Source: Candidatus Hodarchaeum mangrovi
Lineage (GTDB): Archaea > Asgardarchaeota > Heimdallarchaeia > Hodarchaeales > Hodarchaeaceae
Direction of reading: 5' to 3'
Length of the DNA stretch: 37,014 bases
Assembly: GCA_016839515.1 (NCBI GenBank)
Contig: JAEOUE010000126.1
Span: 1 to 37,014, forward strand
A model generated the notes under the pieces. The model made no database searches. It saw only the letters and a program-made list of their open reading frames with translations, and was not told the origin of the DNA. Shown here one piece after another: positions 26,796-36,675 of this stretch. The position numbers were made by a program, and so were the translations under genes. The stretch's first letter is position 1, and each line of letters begins with the position of its first letter.

Positions 26796-27944
26796 ATGGT
26801 CTATCTGGCAAATGAAGTATTTATTAGCCTTATCATAATTTTTATTGAAATAATATTTGAGATATTTTTTATTTATCGTATTTCTAAAGCTTTAGTTAGA
26901 CAAAGATATCCTAAAACGTTAATATTCCTCTTATTGATCTTTACATTTCTCCTTTTTAGAGACTTTGCAATATTTTTTAGTATTTTTGCTCCTCAGAATG
27001 ATAGGGGTCTTTTTATTGGATTTAGTAAAGTTTACCTTCTTTCTACACTCTTTATCACATACATTTTCTTTCTGTTTTCTGAGAAGTTTGAGTATGATTC
27101 AATATTAACACGTGACCAATTTTTAGTCACGATAGTAGCCACAGTCATTAGTACTCTAATCGTTATCAGTAATTTAATACCAATTTGGTCAGATCAGCTA
27201 AATATGTACCGAATAGCGACAGATTACACCCTTGAAATGTTGATGTTAACCTTGAATGGTATTATGGGCATGGTCGTAACCATAAGCTTCTGGAATGGGT
27301 ATAAGGATGTATGGATTACTCAAGAGAGACAACTAAAATTATTAATAATAGGGAATCTGATTATTTTCTTTATTCCTTGGATTTTCACCATTATTTTGCT
27401 TTTCTATTCGATTCCTCCGAATATTTTTATTAGAACACTAATTCGAGCTTTTAACCTAATTGGTTTATTATTCTATTATTTTTCATTCCATGGATTCAAT
27501 TATCCAAGTTTATTCAAAAGACAACGTGCAGATAAAATAATGGTTACTGATTTAAATGGAATTCCATTATTTACCTATGATTTTAAAGAAGATATCCATA
27601 AAATTGATGCAATTCTTTTTGCTGGAGCAATTGTGGCTATTACTCAATTAATGCTTGAATCTATCAAATCACCATCTCCCATTATTGAAGTGGCTATGAA
27701 AAATCAATATAAAATCATGCTCGAATATAATTCCAACTTTTTAACCCTTATTTTAACCCCCAAGGGGGATTCATACCTTCGTAGTTCGTTAGATAATTTT
27801 TCTTATTCATTTGACAAAAATTTTAGTTCTATTATCGCTTCAGGTGAAGTTCATGATATTAACCTTTTTGAAAAAGGTGCACGAAGTATTTTGACTACCC
27901 GTTTTGGAATCCCGTGGCAGTTTCTTCCAGAATCTGAGAGCTAA
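26796..27944 (+). CDS. Seven-TM membrane protein fused to a C-terminal longin-like domain
   Basis: Seven hydrophobic segments in the first ~235 aa, then IMVTDLNGIPLFTYDF...IDAILFAGAIVAITQLMLE. Confidence 0.7.
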   Translation: MVYLANEVFISLIIIFIEIIFEIFFIYRISKALVRQRYPKTLIFLLLIFTFLLFRDFAIFFSIFAPQNDRGLFIGFSKVYLLSTLFITYIFFLFSEKFEYDSILTRDQFLVTIVATVISTLIVISNLIPIWSDQLNMYRIATDYTLEMLMLTLNGIMGMVVTISFWNGYKDVWITQERQLKLLIIGNLIIFFIPWIFTIILLFYSIPPNIFIRTLIRAFNLIGLLFYYFSFHGFNYPSLFKRQRADKIMVTDLNGIPLFTYDFKEDIHKIDAILFAGAIVAITQLMLESIKSPSPIIEVAMKNQYKIMLEYNSNFLTLILTPKGDSYLRSSLDNFSYSFDKNFSSIIASGEVHDINLFEKGARSILTTRFGIPWQFLPESES

Positions 27945-28614
27945 TCAAATCTAGTATTTCAGTTAATGATTTTATGTAAAAATAATCAATGGCCTTTCCT
28001 TTTGTGAAGTTATTTCTATCAAGCAGTACAAATGGAATACCTGCAGCTCTACTGGCCTCTCCATCTGTACTTAAAGAGTCACCAACAAATAACATATTTT
28101 TTGGTTCGATTCTAAGGATTCTCATAGCTTTGAATAACATTTCTGGATTAGGTTTTCCATTAGTGACATCATCAATCGTAAAAATAGGATGAACATGAGT
28201 TCTTAAAAATTGATTTTTAGTAACTATTTCTGATACTACCTTTTTTGGTGCATTTGAGGCAACACTTAAAGAGATACCCAATTCATGCAACTTTTCTAAA
28301 ACGTTCTGAGTTTCAGGGAAAAATTTAATTCGAGAAGTCATATATGTGATAAAATGCTCTTCTAAATAAGCATTGGCCCGTTCTACCTCTTTTTGCAGGG
28401 AACCATACTGTGGATAGTATTTTTCAATTAGAGCTGCAAGAATTGTAGGGTTTGAACGTACTCTAATGGTCTGAGCAATATCCAATGAGGGAATGATGTT
28501 ATAGAAATGGTTGAACGTTGCAGTTATACTTTCATCCCATAGGGGTTCTGAATCAAAGAGTACACCATCAAGATCGAAGATAATGCCTAATACTTGAGCC
28601 AAATCGTTCACCAA
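27895..28614 (-). CDS. HAD-superfamily phosphatase
   Basis: IFDLDGVLFDSE, VASN, GKPNPE, FVGDSLSTD. Confidence 0.93.
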   Translation of the reverse strand: MVNDLAQVLGIIFDLDGVLFDSEPLWDESITATFNHFYNIIPSLDIAQTIRVRSNPTILAALIEKYYPQYGSLQKEVERANAYLEEHFITYMTSRIKFFPETQNVLEKLHELGISLSVASNAPKKVVSEIVTKNQFLRTHVHPIFTIDDVTNGKPNPEMLFKAMRILRIEPKNMLFVGDSLSTDGEASRAAGIPFVLLDRNNFTKGKAIDYFYIKSLTEILDLISSQILEETATGFQNG

Positions 28615-28636
28615 AAAGGATTACTAGCTACAGTAC

Positions 28637-29176
28637 TCACTTCATCATCAGTAATAATTCATGTTTCTCTGGGTTAACCGATTTAATCATTTCTAATGCA
28701 CGATTGATATCAAGATTTATCAAAGGAGACAAATGCTTTATCATATCATCTCTATCTTTGGCTTGTCGACTTAGGTCATAGAGGATCTGCCAGAGATCTT
28801 TTTCCATATACTTAACGATTTCTTTGCTATTAAAGCGAATGATGGGTTCATAATACTCTCGAAAAGTCTTTTCGGATTGGATGCCCTTTAAAGTGAAAAA
28901 AATAAACAAAAAAGGGTCTTTTTTAATCTTGTCGACATCAAACTTCGCTATTAGCTCAATGTGTTTTTTTAGATGATCTGGATCATCAAATTTAATTAAA
29001 TTATTGTATAATTTGGTCCAAATTTTATCTAGGAGAAGCTTTAAAGCTTCATTCTCTTTAATCTTAAATATTGGTTCATAGCGATCCTTAAAACCTTTTG
29101 GATTTTCAATCTCTTTTTTTGAAGTGAATATGTATAAATAAAAGTGTTCAGCTACTTTTTCTTTAAATTGCCCCAT
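28637..29176 (-). CDS. Hypothetical helical protein made of two ~77-aa repeats
   Basis: FYLYIF...FKDRYEPIF...IWTKLY...DPDHLKKH versus FLFIFF...FREYYEPII...LWQILY...DRDDMIKH. Confidence 0.75.
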   Translation of the reverse strand: MGQFKEKVAEHFYLYIFTSKKEIENPKGFKDRYEPIFKIKENEALKLLLDKIWTKLYNNLIKFDDPDHLKKHIELIAKFDVDKIKKDPFLFIFFTLKGIQSEKTFREYYEPIIRFNSKEIVKYMEKDLWQILYDLSRQAKDRDDMIKHLSPLINLDINRALEMIKSVNPEKHELLLMMK

Positions 29177-29324
29177 AGAAATCTAACAAATAGAATGAGC
29201 ATAAAACTATTTGCTAAATAATAAATCTACATTGATGAATGGTTAGAACCTATCTTTAAGGAAAACCACGATATTATTCTAGGTACAAAGATTAAAATCC
29301 ACAGAAAATTCTAAAATTATTTTC

Positions 29325-30683
29325 TTACTTCTTAAGATTATAGGAAAAATAGCACGCAGGTGTTCGTACGCCATAATAAGTATCTTTGGGTTCTTTTAAA
29401 AAGAATGCATCGGAAAGGACTTGATAAAAATTTCCTGCAATAGTGGTATCTTTAAGTGGGAATTTAAATTCCCCATTCTCAATGGCAAATGAATTTTTAC
29501 AGACACCACTAAATTCGCCATTTTCCATATTTACATTCCCTGAAAAATCACCTATTATAGCACCTTCTTTAATATCTTGTATGCTTTCTTCTAAAGATAA
29601 TTTTCCATCAACTTCGAGAAAAAAATTTGTCCCTGTTATATATGGACGAGAGGTATACCCAGAACGGGCAGAGTTACCAGTATTCGTGGTATCGAAGATA
29701 TTTGAGTAGTAATTGTCAAATAAATACCCTTTCAGATAGCCTTTATTTGCTAAAATCGTTTTTTGTCTAGGAACCCCCTCTGCGTCAAACGTACTTGAGT
29801 ATAAACCATTAGATAATCTTCCATCATCAACAAGAGTAAGATTCGAATTAAATACATAGTCTCCAATACGGTCAACAAAAGGAGAACGTTTATTGTGGAT
29901 ATTTTCAGCAGAAAGTGCTGAAATAAGGCCACGTCTACATAACATAGCAATTACATTAGGTTCTAAGAGAATTTCTCCTTTCATTTCTGGTATTTTTTGT
30001 GCTCCTAGATTTAATATGGTTTTTTGGGCTAAATCCTGACTAAAATCATCAAATTTATCTATAATGTTAAATCTCCGTGAGGTGAGAACATCCCAAATCC
30101 CACCACTTACTTCCTCACCTCTACGACAGTTTGCTCCTAAATTAAGTGTCACACGGCTACTTTTTTCCTGACAATTAACTCCATTTGTATTAATAATTCC
30201 TGAAAGTTCAGTTGTAAGAGAAAATTGCCCGCGAGTAGAAATTTCTATATTATTTTTTTCCCCAAATATCGTTATGGGTAGGATGACCATATTTATAGAT
30301 TCTAAAATCGTTTCTGAAGAAAGATGAGCGATTTCTTTATCATATATTCCTTGAACAGGGGAACTTGATTGGGATAAAGTAAACCCTGACCAATTCGGAT
30401 CTTCAGGACTTTTGTTAGCAATTTTAACAGCTATATCTCCAGTTTTCATCAATGTATTGATATTAGTTGAGTTGGAGTAAGTCAATCCTTTTTGTTTTCC
30501 CTTAACGACACGAAAAGTAAAACCTTGGGTTATTTCTTCTCTTTCTGATTTAATTGAGTTCTGTTCAATCGAAACGTGTAACCTTTTTGCTGCTGTAAAG
30601 TAAACCTCAGCTTCTAATCCTTGATTACTAATTCGATTGATAAGTTTCTCAGCTAAACCAGGGTAATCTGTAAAAAACATCAA
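29325..30683 (-). CDS. pmbA: PmbA/TldE family protein
   Basis: AEVY, FDAEGVP, TGNSAR, GEFS, TIAGN; no HExxH motif; overlaps the tldD stop codon. Confidence 0.88.
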   Translation of the reverse strand: MMFFTDYPGLAEKLINRISNQGLEAEVYFTAAKRLHVSIEQNSIKSEREEITQGFTFRVVKGKQKGLTYSNSTNINTLMKTGDIAVKIANKSPEDPNWSGFTLSQSSSPVQGIYDKEIAHLSSETILESINMVILPITIFGEKNNIEISTRGQFSLTTELSGIINTNGVNCQEKSSRVTLNLGANCRRGEEVSGGIWDVLTSRRFNIIDKFDDFSQDLAQKTILNLGAQKIPEMKGEILLEPNVIAMLCRRGLISALSAENIHNKRSPFVDRIGDYVFNSNLTLVDDGRLSNGLYSSTFDAEGVPRQKTILANKGYLKGYLFDNYYSNIFDTTNTGNSARSGYTSRPYITGTNFFLEVDGKLSLEESIQDIKEGAIIGDFSGNVNMENGEFSGVCKNSFAIENGEFKFPLKDTTIAGNFYQVLSDAFFLKEPKDTYYGVRTPACYFSYNLKK

Positions 30684-32077
30684 TTTTTTCCTCCAACATT
30701 AAGCTCAGTAAGCATAAATGGGCCTCCTCCTCCAGTAAAAGCTGTTTGGCCTTTTCCACAAAATCCTGCAAACCCCCGTTCGATTTGTTTACTTAAAAGT
30801 CGAGTTTTACTAAGAACATCTAATGCAATCCCCGAAATAGTCACAGCACGATAATATTTATCAGTTAACTCTCCTTTTAGAATTTCACGGCCTTGTTGAA
30901 CACCAAACATAAATTCTCCAGAATAGTCTGCTTGTCCCATCCGTCTTCCTTCTAATAAGAATCCATTTGCAGTTTCTGCTATCATTTCCTCTAAAGATGA
31001 ATCACCCCCTAAAATAACTGAATTAGTCATTCTTATTATAGGATCGTTATTATGCATAAAAGCTCTAGCATTTCCAGTTGGGATGGTTGAATATTCTGCT
31101 GCACTCTCACGATTATGTAAATGAGTAATTAATATACCTTTATCTACCATAACTGTTTTTTGAGCTGGTGTACCTTCATCGTCATAGCCAGGAAGCCAGC
31201 CAAATGAACCTGGATAAATCGCATCATCAAGAATTGAAATTTTATCATTGCAAATCTTTTTATTTATTTTACCTTGTAAAACAGAACCACCAGACACCAA
31301 ATCAGCTTCATTGGTATGTCCAAATGCTTCATGAGCCAGAAGACGTGTGAGTTGTGGTCCAAGGATCACGGTATAATAACCCGAGGGAGCAAACGAAGCT
31401 TCAGTAAGGCGAACCGCGCGACTCCCAACTTCTTCAGAAAGTATATGGGATGAATCTTTCTCAAAAATTTCAAATCCTTTTGTTCCAGCCATACGAGAAG
31501 CTGCTGGGGATAAAATACCATTCTTTTTCGCTACTCCTGAAAGTAGCAGAGTTGTTTTTTGATCATGAAGTTCTAATTTTGTCCCTTCACTTGTAAGAAT
31601 GAATTTTTGGTCTACTGTATCAAAATAATCTGCTGATGCTTGAACCATAAACTCATTATGTGTTCTAAGACTTTTCTCTGCTTCTAGACATACATCGATT
31701 TTATCAGTAATTGAGATTTCATTTGTGGGAATTCGGATGCTAGGTTTAACAATGTCTTCATTAATGGGAATTTCTGCAAGTGATATAAATCGTTTCTTAA
31801 AAGAATGGGAGTTTTTTGCAAGCTCTATACACTTCAAAAAACCTTGTTTTATTTCAGCAGGTGTAAATCCCTCTAATGTCATTGATCCCCAACTTCCATT
31901 AATTAAGGCTCGTAGTGATAATCCTTCTGTGATTCCGCTACTAACATTTTTGACAACTCCATTTTCTATTTGAATAGAGGTTGTATCACGAGTATGATAT
32001 CGTGCTTCAAGATAATCATCACTCTTTATCTGTAAGCTATCAATAGCTGATATTAATCGATCTAGCATTTTCAACAT
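30680..32077 (-). CDS. tldD: TldD family metalloprotease
   Basis: AHEAFGHTNEAD (HExxGH), YDDEG, TGNARA, IRMTN, C-terminal CGKGQ...GGP. Confidence 0.92.
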   Translation of the reverse strand: MLKMLDRLISAIDSLQIKSDDYLEARYHTRDTTSIQIENGVVKNVSSGITEGLSLRALINGSWGSMTLEGFTPAEIKQGFLKCIELAKNSHSFKKRFISLAEIPINEDIVKPSIRIPTNEISITDKIDVCLEAEKSLRTHNEFMVQASADYFDTVDQKFILTSEGTKLELHDQKTTLLLSGVAKKNGILSPAASRMAGTKGFEIFEKDSSHILSEEVGSRAVRLTEASFAPSGYYTVILGPQLTRLLAHEAFGHTNEADLVSGGSVLQGKINKKICNDKISILDDAIYPGSFGWLPGYDDEGTPAQKTVMVDKGILITHLHNRESAAEYSTIPTGNARAFMHNNDPIIRMTNSVILGGDSSLEEMIAETANGFLLEGRRMGQADYSGEFMFGVQQGREILKGELTDKYYRAVTISGIALDVLSKTRLLSKQIERGFAGFCGKGQTAFTGGGGPFMLTELNVGGKN

Positions 32078-32117
32078 TAAAAAAGGAATTTAATAAGCAA
32101 TTAAATAATTATTCCCA

Positions 32118-33347
32118 TTAAGGGAAAGAAATTTCCAATCGTGTTTTACCAATTTTTTCTAATCTTAAAAAAAGATATACAACAATAAGGGTTCCAAAGA
32201 ATGTAATCAGTAGTAAAATTTGGAAATTAAGTAAGGAAAATAAGAAACCTCCAATCGCTGCAGTTGGAACCCATCCCATTCGTTGAATAAAAGTTAGAAT
32301 TCCAAAATTAGTGGCGACTGCAGATTTGTCCACTTCAATAAAACTAAGAGTAACAGCTGGTCTCCAAAATGCAATACTTACTCCTAAAACACCACTAGCA
32401 ATGACTACTAAGTCCAAGGCAAAGCTTGATGGGAAAGTAAAAGTGTAAAATAAGATCGAAATCCAACAGATCCCGACAAATTCTCCCATGAGAAGGCCAA
32501 AGGTTCTTCCAATCTTATCAACTAGATATCCTGCTGGAAATTGAAGAATAACAAGTAATAAGGATTGAATTAAAGTAATTTCTCCTAAAAAACTAGAATC
32601 TACATCAAAAACAAGAATTAAGACTCCATTAAGAATCGAAAGTGATAGTCCCCAAGCAAATGTGTCAATAATGAAAGCTAGTGCAGTTGTACCAGTAAAT
32701 GGGTCAGTTAGAAATTGTTTAATTGGAATCCGTGCTTTTTTAAAATTAGGGTGAAGATCTTTCAAGAAGATAAAGTTAAACAATAAAGTGAAAAATAAGA
32801 TAAGACTTCCAGATTGAAAAAGACCAAGCATTACCTCATCACCTAGAAGTTGGATAAATAATGCACCCAAAATACCTCCAATCGAAGCAGCGTTATAGAT
32901 AACAGAATAAACTCTCCCTCGGTTGACTGCACGTGATGATTCATAGATGAGTCCTTGAAGAGGGGGATCATAGAATCCTACACCAATATTGAAAATAATA
33001 ATCCAAACGACACTATAGTAAATATTACTAGAAAAAAACCCAATTCCAAGCATTCCAATGACATTAAATAATTGGCCAGCTAAGATGAGTTTCTTCCGTC
33101 CATACCAGTCTCCTAAATACCCGAAAAATAAAGGAATTACAGCAGAAAGAGTTCCTATGGATAATATTAGTCCTAAAATACTAGCAGCTTCTGAATCAGT
33201 GCCAATAAGTGCTATAATAAAGGGTTGGATATTAATTGCATATAAAATATTAACGTAACCCCAGAAAAAGTGCGTAACAATGAGTGTTAGAATATTTAAG
33301 TGCGGAAGGAATGATTTTTTCATGTTTAAGTCCCTTAAATCGATCAA
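32118..33347 (-). CDS. MFS transporter
   Basis: About 12 TM segments; motif A twice (GYLGDWYGRK, GYLVDKIGR). Confidence 0.9.
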   Translation of the reverse strand: MIDLRDLNMKKSFLPHLNILTLIVTHFFWGYVNILYAINIQPFIIALIGTDSEAASILGLILSIGTLSAVIPLFFGYLGDWYGRKKLILAGQLFNVIGMLGIGFFSSNIYYSVVWIIIFNIGVGFYDPPLQGLIYESSRAVNRGRVYSVIYNAASIGGILGALFIQLLGDEVMLGLFQSGSLILFFTLLFNFIFLKDLHPNFKKARIPIKQFLTDPFTGTTALAFIIDTFAWGLSLSILNGVLILVFDVDSSFLGEITLIQSLLLVILQFPAGYLVDKIGRTFGLLMGEFVGICWISILFYTFTFPSSFALDLVVIASGVLGVSIAFWRPAVTLSFIEVDKSAVATNFGILTFIQRMGWVPTAAIGGFLFSLLNFQILLLITFFGTLIVVYLFLRLEKIGKTRLEISFP

Positions 33348-33881
33348 TTCTAGCTCCCTTAGACCAATTCATATAATTAACTAGAATGGCAATGGTTTAA
33401 TGCATATATGGGCCATAAAAACTCGAAAAAGGATCTAATAATAGGTATACTAAACCTTTAATTACACGGAAAATGGACTTAATCATGTTACAGGGGCAAT
33501 CTGGAATCATCAATGTCTGACAATAACTTAATCAATAAATTTGTCATTTTAGGTGAAATCTCATATTTTCAGTCCCCAAATCCCCCATGAAGTGTCAATA
33601 GATTATTTCGAAGATTAAACTTGATTTATTTTACCCAAAAAATTAGCAAAATTCCTAATTTCTATTATTCTTCTGTGTACCAATGATAATTTCCTTTCTA
33701 TAATTAAAGTTGGTCGTGATTTTCCACTAGTACTATTCCTATTAGGATTTTTATAAGGATATACAGTATGACTAATCGATGAATATGAGAGAAACTTGAA
33801 TGCTTATAAAAAATGAAAAAATTTTTCTAAATTTTAAATCACATATAAATTAAGCAATAATTTTTAAAATGAAGGATCAAA

Positions 33882-34391
33882 ATGCCAATAAAGCCTGTTC
33901 TTCTACTCGGTAATCCCCAATTACGTGAAATCTCTAAAGAAATCACTAAATATGATGATGAATTGGAACAAATAATCCTTGACTTAAGAGATACATTAAG
34001 TAATTTACAAAAAACCAAGAATATTGGCCGAGCATTAGCAGCTCCTCAAATTGGATATAAGAAAAGAGTTATTTATTTTAATCTCCCTGATAATGATTTT
34101 GCGATGATTAATCCCGTCATTCTCTTTAAAAGTTCTGACAAATTTCAAGTATGGGATAGCTGTTTCAGCTTTGACGTGGCTTTTTTTGTTCAGATATTAC
34201 GTCATAAAGAAATTCAGGTGGAATTTATGACTGAGAATGGAAAACAAACTCACGTATATGTGGAAGATTTAGCGGAGCTGGTTCAGCATGAAATTGACCA
34301 TTTAGATGGGATCTTAGCAACGGATCATCTTACTGATGTTTCCCAAATTATAATGCGAGAAGAATGGGAAGCTCGGTATAGAGGTGATTAG
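33882..34391 (+). CDS. def: Peptide deformylase-like protein (atypical motifs)
   Basis: GNPQLR, GRALAAPQIG, INP, DSCFS (for EGCLS), QHEIDHLDGIL. Confidence 0.85.
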   Translation: MPIKPVLLLGNPQLREISKEITKYDDELEQIILDLRDTLSNLQKTKNIGRALAAPQIGYKKRVIYFNLPDNDFAMINPVILFKSSDKFQVWDSCFSFDVAFFVQILRHKEIQVEFMTENGKQTHVYVEDLAELVQHEIDHLDGILATDHLTDVSQIIMREEWEARYRGD

Positions 34392-34400
34392 AGAAGCACT

Positions 34401-35204
34401 ATGCTAAAGGAAGGGGTTATAATTCCAAATATTCTAGATTCCTTAGCAATAAAGGCTATGGAAGAAGATTTTTCACAATTAAGAGACATTGCCAGAACCG
34501 ATTCTAATATCATTGGGCTTATCTTAGGAGGATCACGAGGAAAAGGTAAAGAAACCGAAAATTCAGATTATGATTGTTGGATTATAATTAAAGAGGAAGT
34601 ATACGACGAATATAAGGAAAAATTAAGCAATTTTAGTCCATATATTGACTTAGGAATCACAACACTCAAAAAATTAAGAGGATATGCTGAATGGGGGTCC
34701 TCTCTCTTCTGGGATAGATATAATTTTGCTCATATTACTCCAATGATTGATAAAACAGAAGGTCAACTCCTACAGATTATTGAAGAAAAGGGCCTACTAC
34801 CTTCAGAATTTGAATATGAATTTACCTCTTCAAATTTAGATGCTTACATAAACAGCGTTTATCGATCAATAAAATGCTTAAGAGATGGAAATGATATAGG
34901 ATATCGATTGGATGCAGCAGAATCGATCTCTTATATGTTAACAGTATTATTTGCATTACATGGACGAATTAAGCCATATTCAAAATATTTATACTGGGAA
35001 TTAGAGTCATTTCCACTCACGGAACTCCCTTGGACCCCTCAAGAGTTCATAAATATGCTTGTTCGGATATTAGATTCAGGGGATTATTGTATTCAACAAA
35101 AAATCCTACGTTATGTCAAACAGATCTCCCAGGCAAAAGGTTATGGCAAGATTTTTGATGAATGGGAAGGTGACGATCAATGGGCAATGAATTTTAAGCC
35201 ATAA
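34401..35204 (+). CDS. Pol-beta-fold nucleotidyltransferase with a helical C-terminal domain
   Basis: LGGSRGKG...SDYD signature. Confidence 0.75.
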   Translation: MLKEGVIIPNILDSLAIKAMEEDFSQLRDIARTDSNIIGLILGGSRGKGKETENSDYDCWIIIKEEVYDEYKEKLSNFSPYIDLGITTLKKLRGYAEWGSSLFWDRYNFAHITPMIDKTEGQLLQIIEEKGLLPSEFEYEFTSSNLDAYINSVYRSIKCLRDGNDIGYRLDAAESISYMLTVLFALHGRIKPYSKYLYWELESFPLTELPWTPQEFINMLVRILDSGDYCIQQKILRYVKQISQAKGYGKIFDEWEGDDQWAMNFKP

Positions 35205-35299
35205 TTTTTTATTTATTTTCCATACTTTTTCTCTTTGTAATTAGGGATAGGATGAAAATAATCAAAAATATCTAAAAAATCGGATTTTGTTTAGCCCTA

Positions 35300-35615
35300 G
35301 TTGATATCAATGAGAGATCCATAGAAAATTAACTTATAAATAAGTCAAATTCTCCACCGCCATAGATATTTTGGTATGTTTCATGAAGGGGGAAAATTCT
35401 TGAACTTTTATGTCCAGATATATAGAAAAAATTGTTCACTTCAGACAAGAAGATAGAATTAGATTTATAATCATTTCCTAAATCTCCAAAGAAGGTAGAA
35501 AATCAAATACTTGCCCGTCTATGGTTATAACTGAAATAAATCCATTTGTAGCTCTACATTTTCCTAGATGATATTCGTTCACTTGAGGAATATAATTGAT
35601 ACTTGCGAATATCCA
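35300..35615 (-). pseudogene. Decayed SBBP-type beta-propeller repeat fragment
   Basis: NGFISVITIDGQ / STFFGDLGND...FYISGHKSSRIFP...YGGGEFDLFIS*FS resembles 'STYLGGSG.D...Y.TG.T.S..FP...YGGG..D.F..K'. Stops and frameshifts present. Confidence 0.55.
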
Positions 35616-35645
35616 TTCAATAAAATTTTGAGTAAGTTATTTTTT

Positions 35646-36284
35646 ATGTTACCTATGCTATCTGAACAAGTTGAAAAAACATTAAGACAATTAGAAGTAT
35701 TAAGAGAACAGGAAATAGAAAGAGAAGAAATAGGTGAAATTTATACTAAAGAAAAACGATCATTAGCTATCCCAAGAGACGAAGGAAAGTTCTTATATCT
35801 TTTAGCACGTGTTATGAAGGCTAAATTAATTGTTGAAATTGGTACCAGTTTTGGGTACTCAACAACTTGGTTGGCAGCTGCAGTACAATCCCATGGAGGA
35901 ACAGTAATCTCTTATGATATATTACCAGAAAAAATTGAAGTAGCATCAAAATATTTGTCTGAAGCTGGACTAAAAGGGAATGTTGAGCTTGTTCTGGGAG
36001 ATGCAAAAACCTTACTTAGCCAAATATCTGAACCAGTGGATATTATATTTCTAGATGCGGATAAGGCAGATTACCCTGAGTTTATGGAGCTTGCAATCGA
36101 CAAACTCCGTATTGGTGGGATCTTACTTTCTGACAATGTATTAGATTGTTTAGAAATCCATAAAGATGACCCAGAAGTATGTGAGGAAATCACTTCTTAT
36201 TTAATTCAACATCCAAAAATTATGACAGTAACGCTTCCTTTCCTACCTAATGGATTAGAAATGACTTTAAAAATAGCAGATTAG
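35646..36284 (+). CDS. Class I SAM-dependent O-methyltransferase (COMT/CCoAOMT-like)
   Basis: EGKFL, VEIGTSFGYST, GDA, IFLDADKADY, GGILLSDN. Start moved to ATG 35646/35655 because the upstream part overlaps the propeller remnant. Confidence 0.9.
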   Translation: MLPMLSEQVEKTLRQLEVLREQEIEREEIGEIYTKEKRSLAIPRDEGKFLYLLARVMKAKLIVEIGTSFGYSTTWLAAAVQSHGGTVISYDILPEKIEVASKYLSEAGLKGNVELVLGDAKTLLSQISEPVDIIFLDADKADYPEFMELAIDKLRIGGILLSDNVLDCLEIHKDDPEVCEEITSYLIQHPKIMTVTLPFLPNGLEMTLKIAD

Positions 36285-36675
36285 TGATAAAAAATTAGAT
36301 TATTTGGAAAAACTCTGTTCTATTAAAAAGAAATATACTAACTTGACCAAAAGCCTAATACTATAGATATGGATGGAGATCTCAAAAGAAATTTATTCAG
36401 ACTAAAGATTATATTGTTCAATTGCTTTAGAATGATATCTGAAGAACACATTGTAAGATTTCGAAGAATTTAATTGCGGAGAAATCCAAATGAACATGTC
36501 ATATTGATTAGACTTAAATTTGTAAATATTGAATATCAATAATGACTTCTTTTAATCCTTAAATAATTTTTAATGGTTTTCTTATGGGCAAAAGGATTAA
36601 GAACTTGTAAGTAGTAGAATAAATTTATATTTTAGAACTCACTTTTCTAAAATTAAAGAAAAATTTGTGATTAAA

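Noticed and set aside
33400-33780. Possible decayed P-loop kinase on the minus strand (KILIG / NSTSGKS in adjacent frames)
   Set aside because: Only one frameshifted motif; too weak to call.
1050-36006. Short ORF-track entries overlapping longer genes (e.g. 1050-1412, 1839-2060, 5296-5508, 6141-6332, 6563-6820, 6953-7210, 10479-10661, 10559-10810, 12851-13057, 13837-14088, 15604-15909, 16762-17073, 18288-18503, 22334-22573, 22648-22881, 24397-24606, 25053-25345, 26422-26661, 27989-28192, 29443-29950, 31168-31973, 33058-33258, 35821-36006)
   Set aside because: Antisense or alternate-frame shadows of well-supported genes or remnants, with no recognisable motifs.
36290-36560. Coding-like fragments between the methyltransferase and the last gene
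   Set aside because: Multiple stops and no recognisable motif.
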